DNA of 63,721 nucleotides, counting the filler, from Welwitschia mirabilis (taxonomy: Eukaryota), in NCBI GenBank assembly GCA_051453625.1. It is 6 parts of one record of this genome, joined end to end, with 100 filler letters (N's around TTAATTAATTAA, not from the genome) between each part and the next. Parts side by side here need not be neighbours in the genome. Positions count along the whole stretch, not along the records: positions 27,811 to 40,555 come from JBOZIK010000001.1; positions 40,656 to 51,462 come from JBOZIK010000001.1; 4 more parts are not named here. One strand, given 5' to 3'. Position 1 is the first letter of the stretch; each line of letters starts with the position of its first letter. Below are positions 39,286 through 51,562 of this stretch, piece after piece. The translations under genes were made by a program, and so were the position numbers. Below the pieces are notes generated by a model, which saw only the letters and a program-made list of their open reading frames with translations, ran no database searches and was not told the origin of the DNA.

Positions 39286-39340
39286 CAGGCTAAATCAACA
39301 CTAAGATTTTAATCAATCTTTGACTCAATAACCCTAGTCC

Positions 39341-40555
39341 ATGAGTTTTATTGCAGAAAGTTTCTCTATTTTTAGGCCTCCACTATTTGATGGAACAAAC
39401 TATGGATATTATTATGAAGATATTTTGATCACAGTTTATAGTCATCCTATCACAACTCAAAAGGATGTCAATTGAAATTTTATTATAGTGTTAAAACAAA
39501 AAAAAAGATGGACTAAATTACATAAAGCTAATATTACTATTAATGCTCATGATTTAAATGCAATTTTTTGTGTTATGAATTTAGATCAGTTCAAGAGAAT
39601 AGTAAACTGCCAAGCTGCCAAAGAAGCATGGGATATTCTTGCTGTTACTTATGAAGGAACATCCACTATTAAGCAAGCAAAGATTCAGATGTTGTTTACA
39701 AAATTTGAATATATTAAGATGGATGAGGAAGATACTCTTCAGGAATTCTTTACTAACGTAATGAACATTATAAACTTAATGACAAGCCTTAAAGAAAAGA
39801 TGGAGAAATCCAAGATAGTAAGAAAGGTCTCAAGATCCCTTCCCAAGTGATTTAAACCGAAGGTAACTGCAATTAAAGAAAGTAAAGATCTCAGCAAGAT
39901 GTCACTCGACAAACTACAAGATAACCTTCAAACTTATGGATTAAAATTTTGTAATAGAAAGAAGAGCTTTTCTCTTAAAAGTATGCAGGAAGAAAGATCA
40001 GATGAAAACCTGAAGAACATGAAATATTATCATTTATGGCACTTGTGAATCCCACTACTCAATCACTAAGACTCCTTGAGCATGATAGTTTGGACATGAG
40101 TGAATATGAAGAAGAGGAGAATGTTGAATACATATGTCTTTAACTATATTAAGAATGTGAAAGGCTTGCTATAAAAGTGAATGAACTAAACATTATCATC
40201 AAGGATTTGAAAAAGAAGAATGAAGCCATAAATCAATGAGACAAAGAGGTTCAAGAAGAAAACACAAGTATCATGGAGAAGTTAAGCCAATCTTCACAAG
40301 TCTTGAGTAGATTTACAGAAGGATCAAAGAAGCTTAAAAAGATGCTTGGATTGGGAAAACTTACACATGACAAAAGGGGTATTGGATTTGAAGGCAATGG
40401 TACATCTACTTCATCAAGTAAGGTAAGTATTATAGGTATAAAATCTCTTACCAAAAATATCACTTGTCATTACTATTGCAAATTTGGTCATTTAAAATTT
40501 AACTGTCCATATAGAAAAAGTATGTATTTTGCAAATGTTAATGCATTATCATTTA
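39341..40555 (+). pseudogene. SIRE-2 gag (UBN2-type domain, coiled coil, CCHC-like knuckle)
   Basis: RPPLFDGTNYGY; AAKEAWDILAVTYEGTSTIKQAKIQML..KIVRKVSRSLPK*FKPKVTAIKESKDL; DKRGIGF; CHYYCKFGHLKFNC. Confidence 0.9.
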
Positions 40556-40655
40556 NNNNNNNNNNNNNNNNNNNNNNNNNNNNNNNNNNNNNNNNNNNNT
40601 TAATTAATTAANNNNNNNNNNNNNNNNNNNNNNNNNNNNNNNNNNNNNNNNNNNN
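40556..40655. other. Synthetic scaffold-join linker
   Basis: 44N-TTAATTAATTAA-44N. Confidence 0.95.
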
Positions 40656-43302
40656 ACTAGATAGGTGTTCTCCATTATTGCATTACGTTCCTTAAACTGA
40701 CTGTGGAGAGCCTGAAACAGCACAAGAGGATTTATCTTATGCTACTACTACCAAGTGGAAGGCAACTATGGAATAGGAATGGACTATTTTTAGGGTGATA
40801 GAACTTGTAAGTTGGTTACTTTGGCCAAGGGACGCAAAGCTCTACATAGCAGGTGGATCTTTAGAATAAAAGATGAGGTTGATAGGAGGAATCACTACAA
40901 GAATAGGTTGATAGTAAAAGGTTATGCCTAAAAGCCAGGTATTGATTTTATAAAAATCTTTTCTCCTATTAGGAATCATTCATTAATTAGAATCATTCTT
41001 TATTTTCTTTCTTGCTTGGATTTAGAGCTAAGACAATTGAATGTTAGGATAACATTTTTGAAAGAGGACCTTGATGAAGAATTTATTTACATAGGCTAGA
41101 GGGGTATTCAAACTAGAAAAGTTTTAATATGGTTTACACGCTATAAAAAAGCTTGTATAGCTTGAAATAGGCTCTAAGATAGTGGTATAAAAAGTTTGAT
41201 ACATTCATGTAGAAAAAGTCTTAACAAAGTAGTTCATTTGACCATTGTGTTTTACTTCTTTGGAAGTATTATAGGTGAATTCGTCATTCTAATGTTATAC
41301 GTAGATGATATGTTGGTTGATGGGAATAATATGGCTAAAATTAAATGTTTAAAAACATCAATGAATAAAAAACTTGAGATGAAAGATCTTAGATAGGCTA
41401 ATAAAATTTTGGGAATTAGAATAATTAGAGATAGAAAGTAGAGGAAGGTGTGGCTCAGCTAGAATGATTATATTAGCAAAGTTCTTAAGCATTTTGACAT
41501 GTGAGATGTAAAACTAGTAAGCACATCATTGACATTATGTTTTAAGTTATCAAAAGAAGATTGCCTACATTCAGATATAGAATTAAAAAAGGTACGCTAC
41601 ACTTCTGCAATGGGATCTCTCATCTATGTGATGGTATGTTCTTACCCTGATATTGCTTACGTTAGAGGATTGGTTAGCAAATTTATGAAAAATTATGATT
41701 AGAACCACTGGCTTTTTATTAAGTGGATTCTTAGGTATTTGAAGGCAACACAAAAGGATTGATTATGTTTTGCGAATGGTAAGTTATCTATTCAAGGACT
41801 TGTAGATGCAAATTTTATAGTAGACTTGTATAGTAGATGTTCTCCNNNNNNNNNNNNNNNNNNNNNNNNNNNNNNNNNNNNNNNNNNNNNNNNNNNNNNN
41901 NNNNNNNNNNNNNNNNNNNNNNNNNNNNNNNNNNNNNNNNNNNNNNNNNNNNNNNNNNNNNNNNNNNNNNNNNNNNNNNNNNNNNNNNNNNNNNNNNNNN
42001 NNNNNNNNNNNNNNNNNNNNNNNNNNNNNNNNNNNNNNNNNNNNNNNNNNNNNNNNNNNNNNNNNNNNNNNNNNNNNNNNNNNNNNNNNNNNNNNNNNNN
42101 NNNNNNNNNNNNNNNNNNNNNNNNNNNNNNNNNNNNNNNNNNNNNNNNNNNNNNNNNNNNNNNNNNNNNNNNNNNNNNNNNNNNNNNNNNNNNNNNNNNN
42201 NNNNNNNNNNNNNNNNNNNNNNNNNNTAATGGGATCTCTCATGTATGTGATGGTATGTTCTTGCCCTGATATTGCTTACGTTAGAGGATTGGTTAGCAAA
42301 TTTATGAAAAATTATGATTGGAATCATTGACTTACTGTTAAGTGGATTATTAGGTATTTGAATACAATAAAAAAGGATTGCTTATGTTTTGGAAATGGTG
42401 AGTTATGCATTCAAATATTTTCAGATGAAAATTTTGTAGCAGACTCAGATAGTACATGTTATTCTATGGGTTATGTATTCACGCTTGTAGGGGTAGCATT
42501 TAGTTGGTTGTCTTAGGTGCAACTGTTAGTAACTTTGTTTACTACTGAAGGGGAATATATGAAACTTATAGAAGCTTGTAAGGAGATGATTTGGTTGAAG
42601 AAGTTTCGTGCTTCCCCTGGTTTAAAGCAAGGCAAATATTATGTGTTTTATGATAGTCAAAGTGTAATACATCTTACTAAGAGTTTCGCCTTTCATGCTA
42701 GGACAAAAAAAATTGATATCAAATTTTATTTTGAAAGAGAAATTAGTGAATATGGGCTAGTTAACATTCAAAATATTATACGAAGTTTAATGTTGCTGAT
42801 TCTCTTACAAAGGTGGTGGCAGTGGAAGAGCATAAGTTCTATAAAGGAAACCTTACCATAAATTGAGTAATGGATAGTAAAGGGCTACTTTTAAGTAATG
42901 AAACTCTCTTGATTCTTTAAGGCTGGTTAGATTTATCTTTAAAGGAAGAATTGTTGAAGTTAAATCCTCTTTTGTATCTTTCATTTTTCTATTGTTATAG
43001 CACTTTATTTGTAAAACATATTTTCTTCTTATATCACTAAAGTGAGAGGGGACCATTTTATGAAGTTAATGTAGTATTAGGTTTTTAACCTAAAGTGGCC
43101 CTATTTAAAGGGAAGGGTTTTGAGAGAAGATCATTATGAACCCTTTGGCTATTAAAGATGGCTTACATCCTTGCCCTCTTTTCAAAATCTTAAGAGAGAA
43201 TTACATTGCTCCTATGGTTTTTTCCAATACTAGGATTTTCATGTAAATTAGTGTGTGCTATTTTGATTTTTCTTTTTGCTATTTTTGTTACTATTCTTAA
43301 CA
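40656..43302 (+). mobile_element. 3' half of a Tork/Tnt1-like Ty1/copia element: RT, RNase H, PPT and 3' LTR
   Basis: RLIVKGYA*KPGIDF; LMLYVDDMLV; EMKDLR*ANKILGIRIIRDRK; YTSAMGSLIYVMVC..PDIAY; TTEGEYM..EACKEMIWLK..DSQSVIHL..FHARTKKIDIKF. Confidence 0.88.
42952..43302 (+). repeat. Putative 3' LTR (~350 bp) of the Tork-like element
   Basis: Purine tract AAAGGAAGAA (42941-42950), then TGTTGAAG ... TTCTTAACA inverted termini, with an internal CCTATTTAAAGGG TATA-like box. No second LTR is available for confirmation. Confidence 0.65.
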
Positions 43303-43950
43303 CTATGTGATAATAAAGTTGAAATGGGAAATTTGAAGAGGATAAGTTATAAATTTTTATCACTAAGATTACCATTAAAATAGTACAAATTACTAGAGTC
43401 ATTCCCTAAACCAATTAATTTCTGTCCTTCTCTCGAGATCTTGTACAACTGAAGGAGAAATAAAATGTCACTGAGCATTTAGATTCTTACACATTTTAAT
43501 TATAAACATCAAATTCATGATAAGTGTAGAAACCAATAAAACTAAGACAAAAGGAAATTTAATCTAGAATTAGCTTTACAACACTAGTAACAATGGAAGC
43601 AATACCATCTGTCAATGTTACATTTGAAGGTGCTTACTAAAAATAAGAAAGCTATGAGGAGGATCAAGTCATGTGTTACCGTGGCTCGTAGCCACGTGCT
43701 CTTATCCTCTGAGCTACAGGCCTCCTCTGCAGAGATATGTTCCCTTAAGTCCCTTCTAAAAGCTTTCCTCGCCTCAGCCCTTCCAGGTTTGGAGGATATG
43801 GGAGCAAGTTTCTCGCTAGGTATTGCATTTCGAAGTGTGGAGTGAAAACAATAGGATAACATATCCTTGAGTCAAGAATACACAACTAAAATGCATGAAA
43901 GGAGGAGAAGGAGAAACTTACGATAATAAAGCCATTACTTTGGAGTATTC

Positions 43951-46900
43951 TATGACACCCTCTCTTTTCTTATACTAATTAAGCACTATATTCTTTTCCC
44001 CCTTTTTTCTTCCTTCCTACTTCAATATTATTACCTAATAGATACATCGAAACCTCGAATCAAATTTTACTTATTTCTTTATTATTATTTTTATATTTTA
44101 AGAAAAACAATCCATATTAATATTATATATTTACCTATAAGTAATTTCTAGATTATTTTGGTTTATAAATAATAGTGATGTCATAAGTTTGTGTCATCCA
44201 TTTCTTTCTAGTTTTGTATCCCATAAAAGATAACTTGTGAATAGTTAAGGTGATGTAAACTTATCATAAACATACATGGATAAGTTTAAGGATAATACCT
44301 AACTAATATAATATGAGGCTACAACTCTAATTAATAGCATTTCATCCAGTCACCCTCTAGATGTGAGTTAGTTCTACTTTAGGTTTTAAACTATACAAAC
44401 ATAGGTAGGCTCAATTTCATAGGCTTTCACTTCATCTTGATATACCATCAATACAGGTAACAGGCAGTACATAAGGTGGATTCATGCTTACAAATGACCC
44501 TTGCTTCTTGAAACATCTTTGGATGATGAAACATGATTAATCGATGTCAAAGGCTTAAGATATTAAGTCAAAGTAATTTAATACATGGGTAGAATAGGAG
44601 AGTGATAATCAAATCTAGTTCTAGAAAGACATTATTAAAAAAAAAAAATGCAATGCAAACTACCTTGGTGATGAAATACAAGTGTGGAGATGAAAATAAT
44701 TAGAATCATCTTCATTTAGTCCTATTCAATGGATACACCACACAAATGCATGCATATAATTCTAACTAATTTGGATATTTAATGGATTATTTACTTAATT
44801 ATATTAATTATAATCATCATTAGGTTCATTTTTATAAAAACAAACATAAAACGAAAACAAGCACATAAGAACATCTCTGTATTCAAGATTATAATAATGA
44901 GAATCTAGATAAAAGAAATATTCATTTCTTTTTATATAAATAAATGAAATATTCTTTTCTTTTTTTTACTTTCAAAAATAATAAAAATATTTAAAATATA
45001 TCAAATCACATCTTAATAATGAACCTAGAGAAACTAAAATATATCTGAAGCTATGAAATCCTAGCAACATTCTTCCATGCTTATATAACAATTTCAATGG
45101 GTTGGTGCAAAGAAGGTAAACAAAAGAAAGTATAACTCAAGAATAATTGTTAAAAAAGATTTATATGGCTATATTATAAGTCAATAAAAAGGAGTGACAA
45201 GCTAGATATTATTTATGTTATTTAAACTATTAAGGTAAAAATATTTACAAGTATATACATCTAAAGAGAGATAAAGAAAAAAAGGTATTTTTATAAATAA
45301 AATATATTTATAGGTAATTTAACTTAAAGTAATTAATAGAAACATATCTCATATACTTAAATTCACTATAAAATTTTATATAGTAAATTTTTTATAATTT
45401 AAAACATTAATCATAACATTTTTAGGCTCTAAGGAGACATCATAGTCAAATATTAATAATTAATCAATTATAAAGAAAACAATTATAGTATTTTTTAGAA
45501 ACTAGAAACATAATAGGATCTTCAAATTCTAACTTGAACTATTTTAAAATTTTAAAAATATTATTATTAAAGTTATCATTTAAGATCACAGACTGTTAAA
45601 TTTTTTAAAATTATAGTCCTACCACACTACACTAAAAGGNNNNNNNNNNNNNNNNNNNNNNNNNNNNNNNNNNNNNNNNNNNNNNNNNNNNNNNNNNNNN
45701 NNNNNNNNNNNNNNNNNNNNNNNNNNNNNNNNNNNNNNNNNNNNNNNNNNNNNNNNNNNNNNNNNNNNNNNNNNNNNNNNNNNNNNNNNNNNNNNNNNNN
45801 NNNNNNNNNNNNNNNNNNNNNNNNNNNNNNNNNNNNNNNNNNNNNNNNNNNNNNNNNNNNNNNNNNNNNNNNNNNNNNNNNNNNNNNNNNNNNNNNNNNN
45901 NNNNNNNNNNNNNNNNNNNNNNNNNNNNNNNNNNNNNNNNNNNNNNNNNNNNNNNNNNNNNNNNNNNNNNNNNNNNNNNNNNNNNNNNNNNNNNNNNNNN
46001 NNNNNNNNNNNNNNNNNNNNNNNNNNNNNNNNNNNNNNNNNNNNNNNNNNNNNNNNNNNNNNNNNNNNNNNNNNNNNNNNNNNNNNNNNNNNNNNNNNNN
46101 NNNNNNNNNNNNNNNNNNNNNNNNNNNNNNNNNNNNNNNNNNNNNNNNNNNNNNNNNNNNNNNNNNNNNNNNNNNNNNNNNNNNNNNNNNNNNNNNNNNN
46201 NNNNNNNNNNNNNNNNNNNNNNNNNNNNNNNNNNNNNNNNNNNNNNNNNNNNNNNNNNNNNNNNNNNNNNNNNNNNATAAAAAATTACTATTTTTACATT
46301 TTTACATTTATAACACAATTCTAGACTTATGAAAAAACTTTTACTAATTTATATGTATTAATTGATAAGCTATAATATTTTATCTTATGCCTCTATTCTG
46401 GAAATTTAATTTTTACCATAAAAAATATGATAAAGTTTCTACAACTAGTTAAGTAATAATGTAGATTAGTGAAATAGTAGATATATTAACTAATTACTTG
46501 TAGAATATCTTAGCTAAGTTACTAATTTAAATCATTGTAGAAAGAAAAATCAAATCAATTCAAAACGAGCCATTTAATATAAGCCTTAGGATTACCATGA
46601 AACAGTACTAGCCTAAAGAGATTTTTAAGGATTAGACTTGCTCCTTAACAAGAGGGACCTAATGCATAATAGATAAAAATATAATATTAAAATAAACATG
46701 GATACCTAAATTTCTTTTTGGATTTTTTTTCTAAAATAGTGAATCCTTGAATCACTTGGCGATAGTCATCCATTAGTAACCTCCATCACCAAGCATAAGA
46801 GACTCCTCATATCTTCTTAGTGTCTTTGTGAGAGCCAATGGGAGGGAATAATATTTCATAATTTAATTACATAAAAACCATAAATAATTCGTTTATGCAA

Positions 46901-48038
46901 TATCACATCATTCCNNNNNNNNNNNNNNNNNNNNNNNNNNNNNNNNNNNNAGTAAAATGATTATTTGGAAATATTAGTAAATCCTTATTAGTTGAAGGTT
47001 GATAAAGATTCAAGCTCAAGAGTTTCTTAGCTCCAAGCTTCCAAGATCTAAGCTTCACAAGAAAGAGAATGAAAGAAAGAGAGAGGAAAGAAGAAAATGC
47101 ACTTGTATTTTCTTTTATAAGAGATGAAAGGATTTCTATATATAGATAAACAAAAGCACATAGCTCAAGATCACAAGATCACATAATTTAGCATTAATAA
47201 GTGGGATGAGTAATAAGTGACATTAGAGTACAAAAAGATATTATATTTATTACTCATGCACCTAACTAGGATGAGTAATCTTCTTGCTTTAATTAGCAGG
47301 GTTAATTACATGTATTATTTCCTCATGCTAGCTCCTTTTAATCCTTCATAGACTTATAAGTAAGTTTAATTTATCCAAGACATGCATTAAAAGAATAAAT
47401 GCGCAAATCTCAAAATTATCATGTGACATAATGCAACAAACTATTTAATTTCAATGAATAAAACAATAATTATGCTATGAACGAAGTTCCCTTACACATC
47501 TTAAGAATATAAAAGTCATGATAAAGTAAATCCACTCATTTATCATTCTTGGTTTAGATAAGAGTACATATATTTATTCAAATGCTCATTTATTTCAAAA
47601 TGCATAAAATCTATCAATCAAATAATACAAAGAAGAAAATTTTTATCTATAATATAATTCACTTATTACATTTACCCAGAATTTAAATGAGTGAATAAGA
47701 TGCAAAATATATTATTATATCCTCTTAAAATTTTTAANNNNNNNNNNNNNNNNNNNNNNNNNNNNNNNNNNNNNNNNNNNNNNNNNNNNNNNNNNNNNNN
47801 NNNNNNNNNNNNNNNNNNNNNNNNNNNNNNNNNNNNNTTAGATAGCTTTTCTCATAAATACCTTCTAACATAATTTTTATTATTTTTATGGTAAATTATA
47901 AAAATTACAAACTATGATTAATTTACAAGAATGTTTATTTTAACAAGACCTTTAAACAAGGATAATTAATCATGTAACTACAAGATTAATATACTTAAAA
48001 TTCAAGTAAATAAGGTTCACAAAATATGAAATATGACA
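43951..48038 (-). repeat. 3' LTR of a Tekay chromovirus (same family as the solo LTR at 25674-30064)
   Basis: Minus-strand start TGTCATATTTC directly follows the PPT, and the end reads GGGTGTCATA. Long homology to 25674-30064. Confidence 0.85.
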
Positions 48039-48052
48039 TCCTCCCCTACTTA
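48039..48052 (-). promoter_or_regulatory. Polypurine tract
   Basis: Minus strand TAAGTAGGGGAGGA immediately precedes the LTR TG. Confidence 0.85.
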
Positions 48053-48124
48053 GACTAATTCACTCTTGGGAATCAAGATAAATAAAGAGCTTAAGAACAT
48101 TTAACTACATATTATGGGATTCAA

Positions 48125-49030
48125 AAAGATTTGGGTATTAATTTTTCATTTTTCATCTAGCTCCTAAGTAGCTTCATCAAGACTATGATTACTCCGCTTT
48201 ATCTTTACTTGATGGATCTTATTGTTTTGTAAATTGATAGTCTATTAATCCAACACTACTTCTGACTTCTTCATAATTTAACAATTTGGTTTTACTTAAA
48301 TAAATATGGAACTAATTTAACACATGAGAAGGATTTACAATATACTTTCTTAGCATTTTTACATGGAAAACATTATGCATGTGCATTAATTATGGACGTA
48401 GAGCAAGCTTGTATGAAATAGTTCTAACTATTTCTAATATTTGAAATGGTCTAATGAATCAAAGAGTTAACTTTTATATCCAAACTTATCCTATTACTAA
48501 TTTTATTGGTAACACTTTAAGAAATACATGACCACCTATTTTAAACTTAAGATCTCTTCTTCAATAGTCCTCCTACATATTTTGTTTGTTTGCTGCTTCT
48601 TTAAGTCTATTCTTAATGATTCTTATTTTTGTTTTCATTCCTTATAATATTTATAGTCCTATAATTAATATTTCTTTAGGTTTTATCGATGAAATAGGTG
48701 CTCTACACTTTCTATCATATAGGGATTCAAATGTAGCCATTTGAAATAAACTCTGATAACTATTATTATATGCAAATTATACCAATGATAGGTACTCTTT
48801 CCAACTCTTAGGATTATTTAGAATACGTGTTCTCAAAAGATCTTCTAAAATTTGATTAACTCTTTCTATCTGACCATTAATTTAAGGATGAAATGCAGTA
48901 CTCATATTTAACTTAGTTCCTGAGTCCATTTATAATTCTTACCAAAACTTAGAAGAAAATTTTGAATCTCCATCAGAGATAAATACTAAAGGCACATCAT
49001 GTAATCAAATAACATTTTAATATATACTTT
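48125..49030 (-). pseudogene. Tekay integrase core and chromodomain
   Basis: LHDVPLVFISDGDSKFSSKFW..STAFHP*INGQIERVNQILEDLLR..FAYNNSYQS; HNVFHVKMLRKY; chromodomain-like VKIKRSNHSLDEAT*EL..YPNLF. Confidence 0.88.
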
Positions 49031-51099
49031 AATTATATCCTTGACATTATTAATTATAGTATAATGTTCAAACTTAAACTAATTAAAACACTTAGTGTTA
49101 TTCTTTCATAGGGATGTAAGACATGAATTAATCAAGACATACAAAATTATTCTAAGTTGCAATGGAAAACTCAACAAAATAAAATTAAAATTTGAAAAGA
49201 AAGAAGTGATCTTTAGTTAGCAATTAAGGGAAGGGAAATGCTCTAAGAACCCAATGATTCATCCAACTCTCCTCCTTCACTCTAATGATTCCTATATCCT
49301 AAAACATATACTAAATCATNNNNNNNNNNNNNNNNNNNNNNNNNNNNNNNNNNNNNNNNNNNNNNNNNNNNNNNNNNNNNNNNNNNNNNNNNNNNNNNNN
49401 NNNNNNNNNNNNNNNNNNNNNNNNNNNNNNNNNNNNNNNNNNNNNNNNNNNNNNNNNNNNNNNNNNNNNNNNNNNNNNNNNNNNNNNNNNNNNNNNNNNN
49501 NNNNNNNNNNNNNNNNNNNNNNNNNNNNNNNNNNNNNNNNNNNNNNNNNNNNNNNNNNNNNNNNNNNNNNNNNNNNNNNNNNNNNNNNNNNNNNNNNNNN
49601 NNNNNNNNNNNNNNNNNNNNNNNNNNNNNNNNNNNNNNNNNNNNNNNNNNNNNNNNNNNNNNNNNNNNNNNNNNNNNNNNNNNNNNNNNNNNNNNNNNNN
49701 NNNNNNNNNNNNNNNNNNNNNNNNNNNNNNNNNNNNNNNNNNNNNNNNNNNNNNNNNNNNNNNNNNNNNNNNNNNNNNNNNNNNNNNNNNNNNNNNNNNN
49801 NNNNNNNNNNNNNNNNNNNNNNTTAAGTCATTAAGGTTAGCATAGAGGAATAATATCATCCATCACATGAGCATTGGTGAGTTATCAAGTCCTCTTAATA
49901 CTTCACATCCCTTTATAAAATACATAAAATTCATTAAATAATAGAAACTATAAATCACAAAAGTAACTTTAATTAAGTCATATAGTTTGAAAGAACTTGA
50001 CAATTAAATAAGCTCATCTCAAGATTGCTAATACCATTTTTAATCATTAATAATAAAAGAATAAAACTATTTTAAGAACTAGTTCTACCTAAATATTGCT
50101 AATACTAATAAAATTATACATTAACAATTAAAGGATTCAAATCAATTCTTTATTAAAACTTAAAAAAATACATTACACTAGTAAAGAAGGAGAAGAAGAA
50201 TAATTGTTTAGCTACTCTTGAGCACTCCACCCCTAATAAAGAGTATTAGAGCACCATGATGCCTAAGCCTTTAAGTCTCTTCCATACTTTCCAATCAAAA
50301 GATGAATACAATAAAGAGTTTAAATCCTTTTTATAGGGAGAGATATGGGTGAGGATGGTTATAATCTCCTAGCTTATGGCATTAGGTAGAATCTTCCTCA
50401 CTTAACATTAGTTAGATAAGATCCTATTTGTAGCATTTAGTAGATGTTATCTTATAGCATTAGTTAGATAAGATTTTATCCTCTAGCATCAAGTAAAACA
50501 TTTATCATTTAGGATTTTGTAGAGGTTGTTTTGCAGTATGTGGTGGAGATAGTTATATAGCATTAGGTGAAATCTTTGTCATAATGAGTTTAACACATGT
50601 CCTTTTACCAACCGATGCTATTGCCATATGTCTCTAGTACTACCTTCATATACCTTTATTATATGTCTTCCAATGCTACCGCTATGTGTCACCACCTCAT
50701 GTCTTCATCGCCACCATTGTTTTATGTGGAATTGTGTCTATCTATCATCATGTGTTCCAAAACTTGGCTAAAGATATGAAATTATTATTTAAAAATATAA
50801 AATTAAATTTTATTTTTAAAGTAAAACAATTATATTAATGTCTTTGTTTATAGTTAATTAGCCTAAAACACTTGATATAAATTTTAATTTTATAAGTTAA
50901 CACACCCCTAAATAGTCTTTTGCTAGTTCTTTACCCAAACATCAAATAATGAAATGGTTAAACATAGAAAAATTATCTATGTCAAGAGCACTCAAGTGTG
51001 TGAATGATATAAATTAAAAAATTTTATAATCAATTTTATGTGATTAAGGCATCAAAGTAAAAAATTTAGTAAAAATCGACTGAAAGTCAAGATGTAATA
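49031..51099 (-). mobile_element. Probable ~2 kb LTR of a second gypsy (Tekay-like) family that truncates the integrase
   Basis: Imperfect inverted ends (TTATATCCTTGAC ... GTCAAGATGTAATA) and a minus-strand CCCTATAAAAAGG TATA box (~50330). An upstream AAATTTTAAGGACAA resembles the Tekay pre-PPT motif. No clear TSD. Confidence 0.5.
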
Positions 51100-51462
51100 C
51101 CTCTAATAAAAACTAAACATTGTCCTTAAAATTTATGATCCTTAAGTTTTAATTCATTTAAGAACATAAGTTTAGAGAGAAATAAGAAGAGTTATTTTAT
51201 TAAAAATATGCAAAATTATGCAACTAATCTATTAATTAAACAAAAAAAAAAAGAAAACAAATCTAAAAACATTACTAAGTAGAAGGTCTATCAATAAAAC
51301 TAGTTTTGTCTTTAGAAGTTATTTATCATAAAAATGATGATGAACAAAAGGAAAGTGAAGTGAAATGGAGATGATAGATGCATCAAATGGACTAAACCAT
51401 AACCCAATAAATAAATGAGTGAACTCTCCTAAGTTATTACTCCTTTATTATAATTTTGTATT

Positions 51463-51562
51463 NNNNNNNNNNNNNNNNNNNNNNNNNNNNNNNNNNNNNN
51501 NNNNNNTTAATTAATTAANNNNNNNNNNNNNNNNNNNNNNNNNNNNNNNNNNNNNNNNNNNN
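51463..51562. other. Synthetic scaffold-join linker
   Basis: 44N-TTAATTAATTAA-44N. Confidence 0.95.

Larger units (their letters stand above)
38232..40555 (+). mobile_element. Sirevirus 5' portion ('SIRE-2'): 5' LTR, PBS and gag; cut off by a scaffold join
   Basis: The LTR start is homologous to SIRE-1 (TTTTGCCAATTGATGTCAAACTAAT) and the LTR end reads TATTCATCCCCCTCTAAGG..CCTACA (39270). PBS and gag follow. Confidence 0.9.

Noticed and set aside
25674..48038. The two 4-kb repeats as the LTR pair of one giant element carrying LINE and copia cargo
   Set aside because: The left copy has its own TSD, the PPT and integrase lie outside the pair (right of 48038), and no PBS lies between them.
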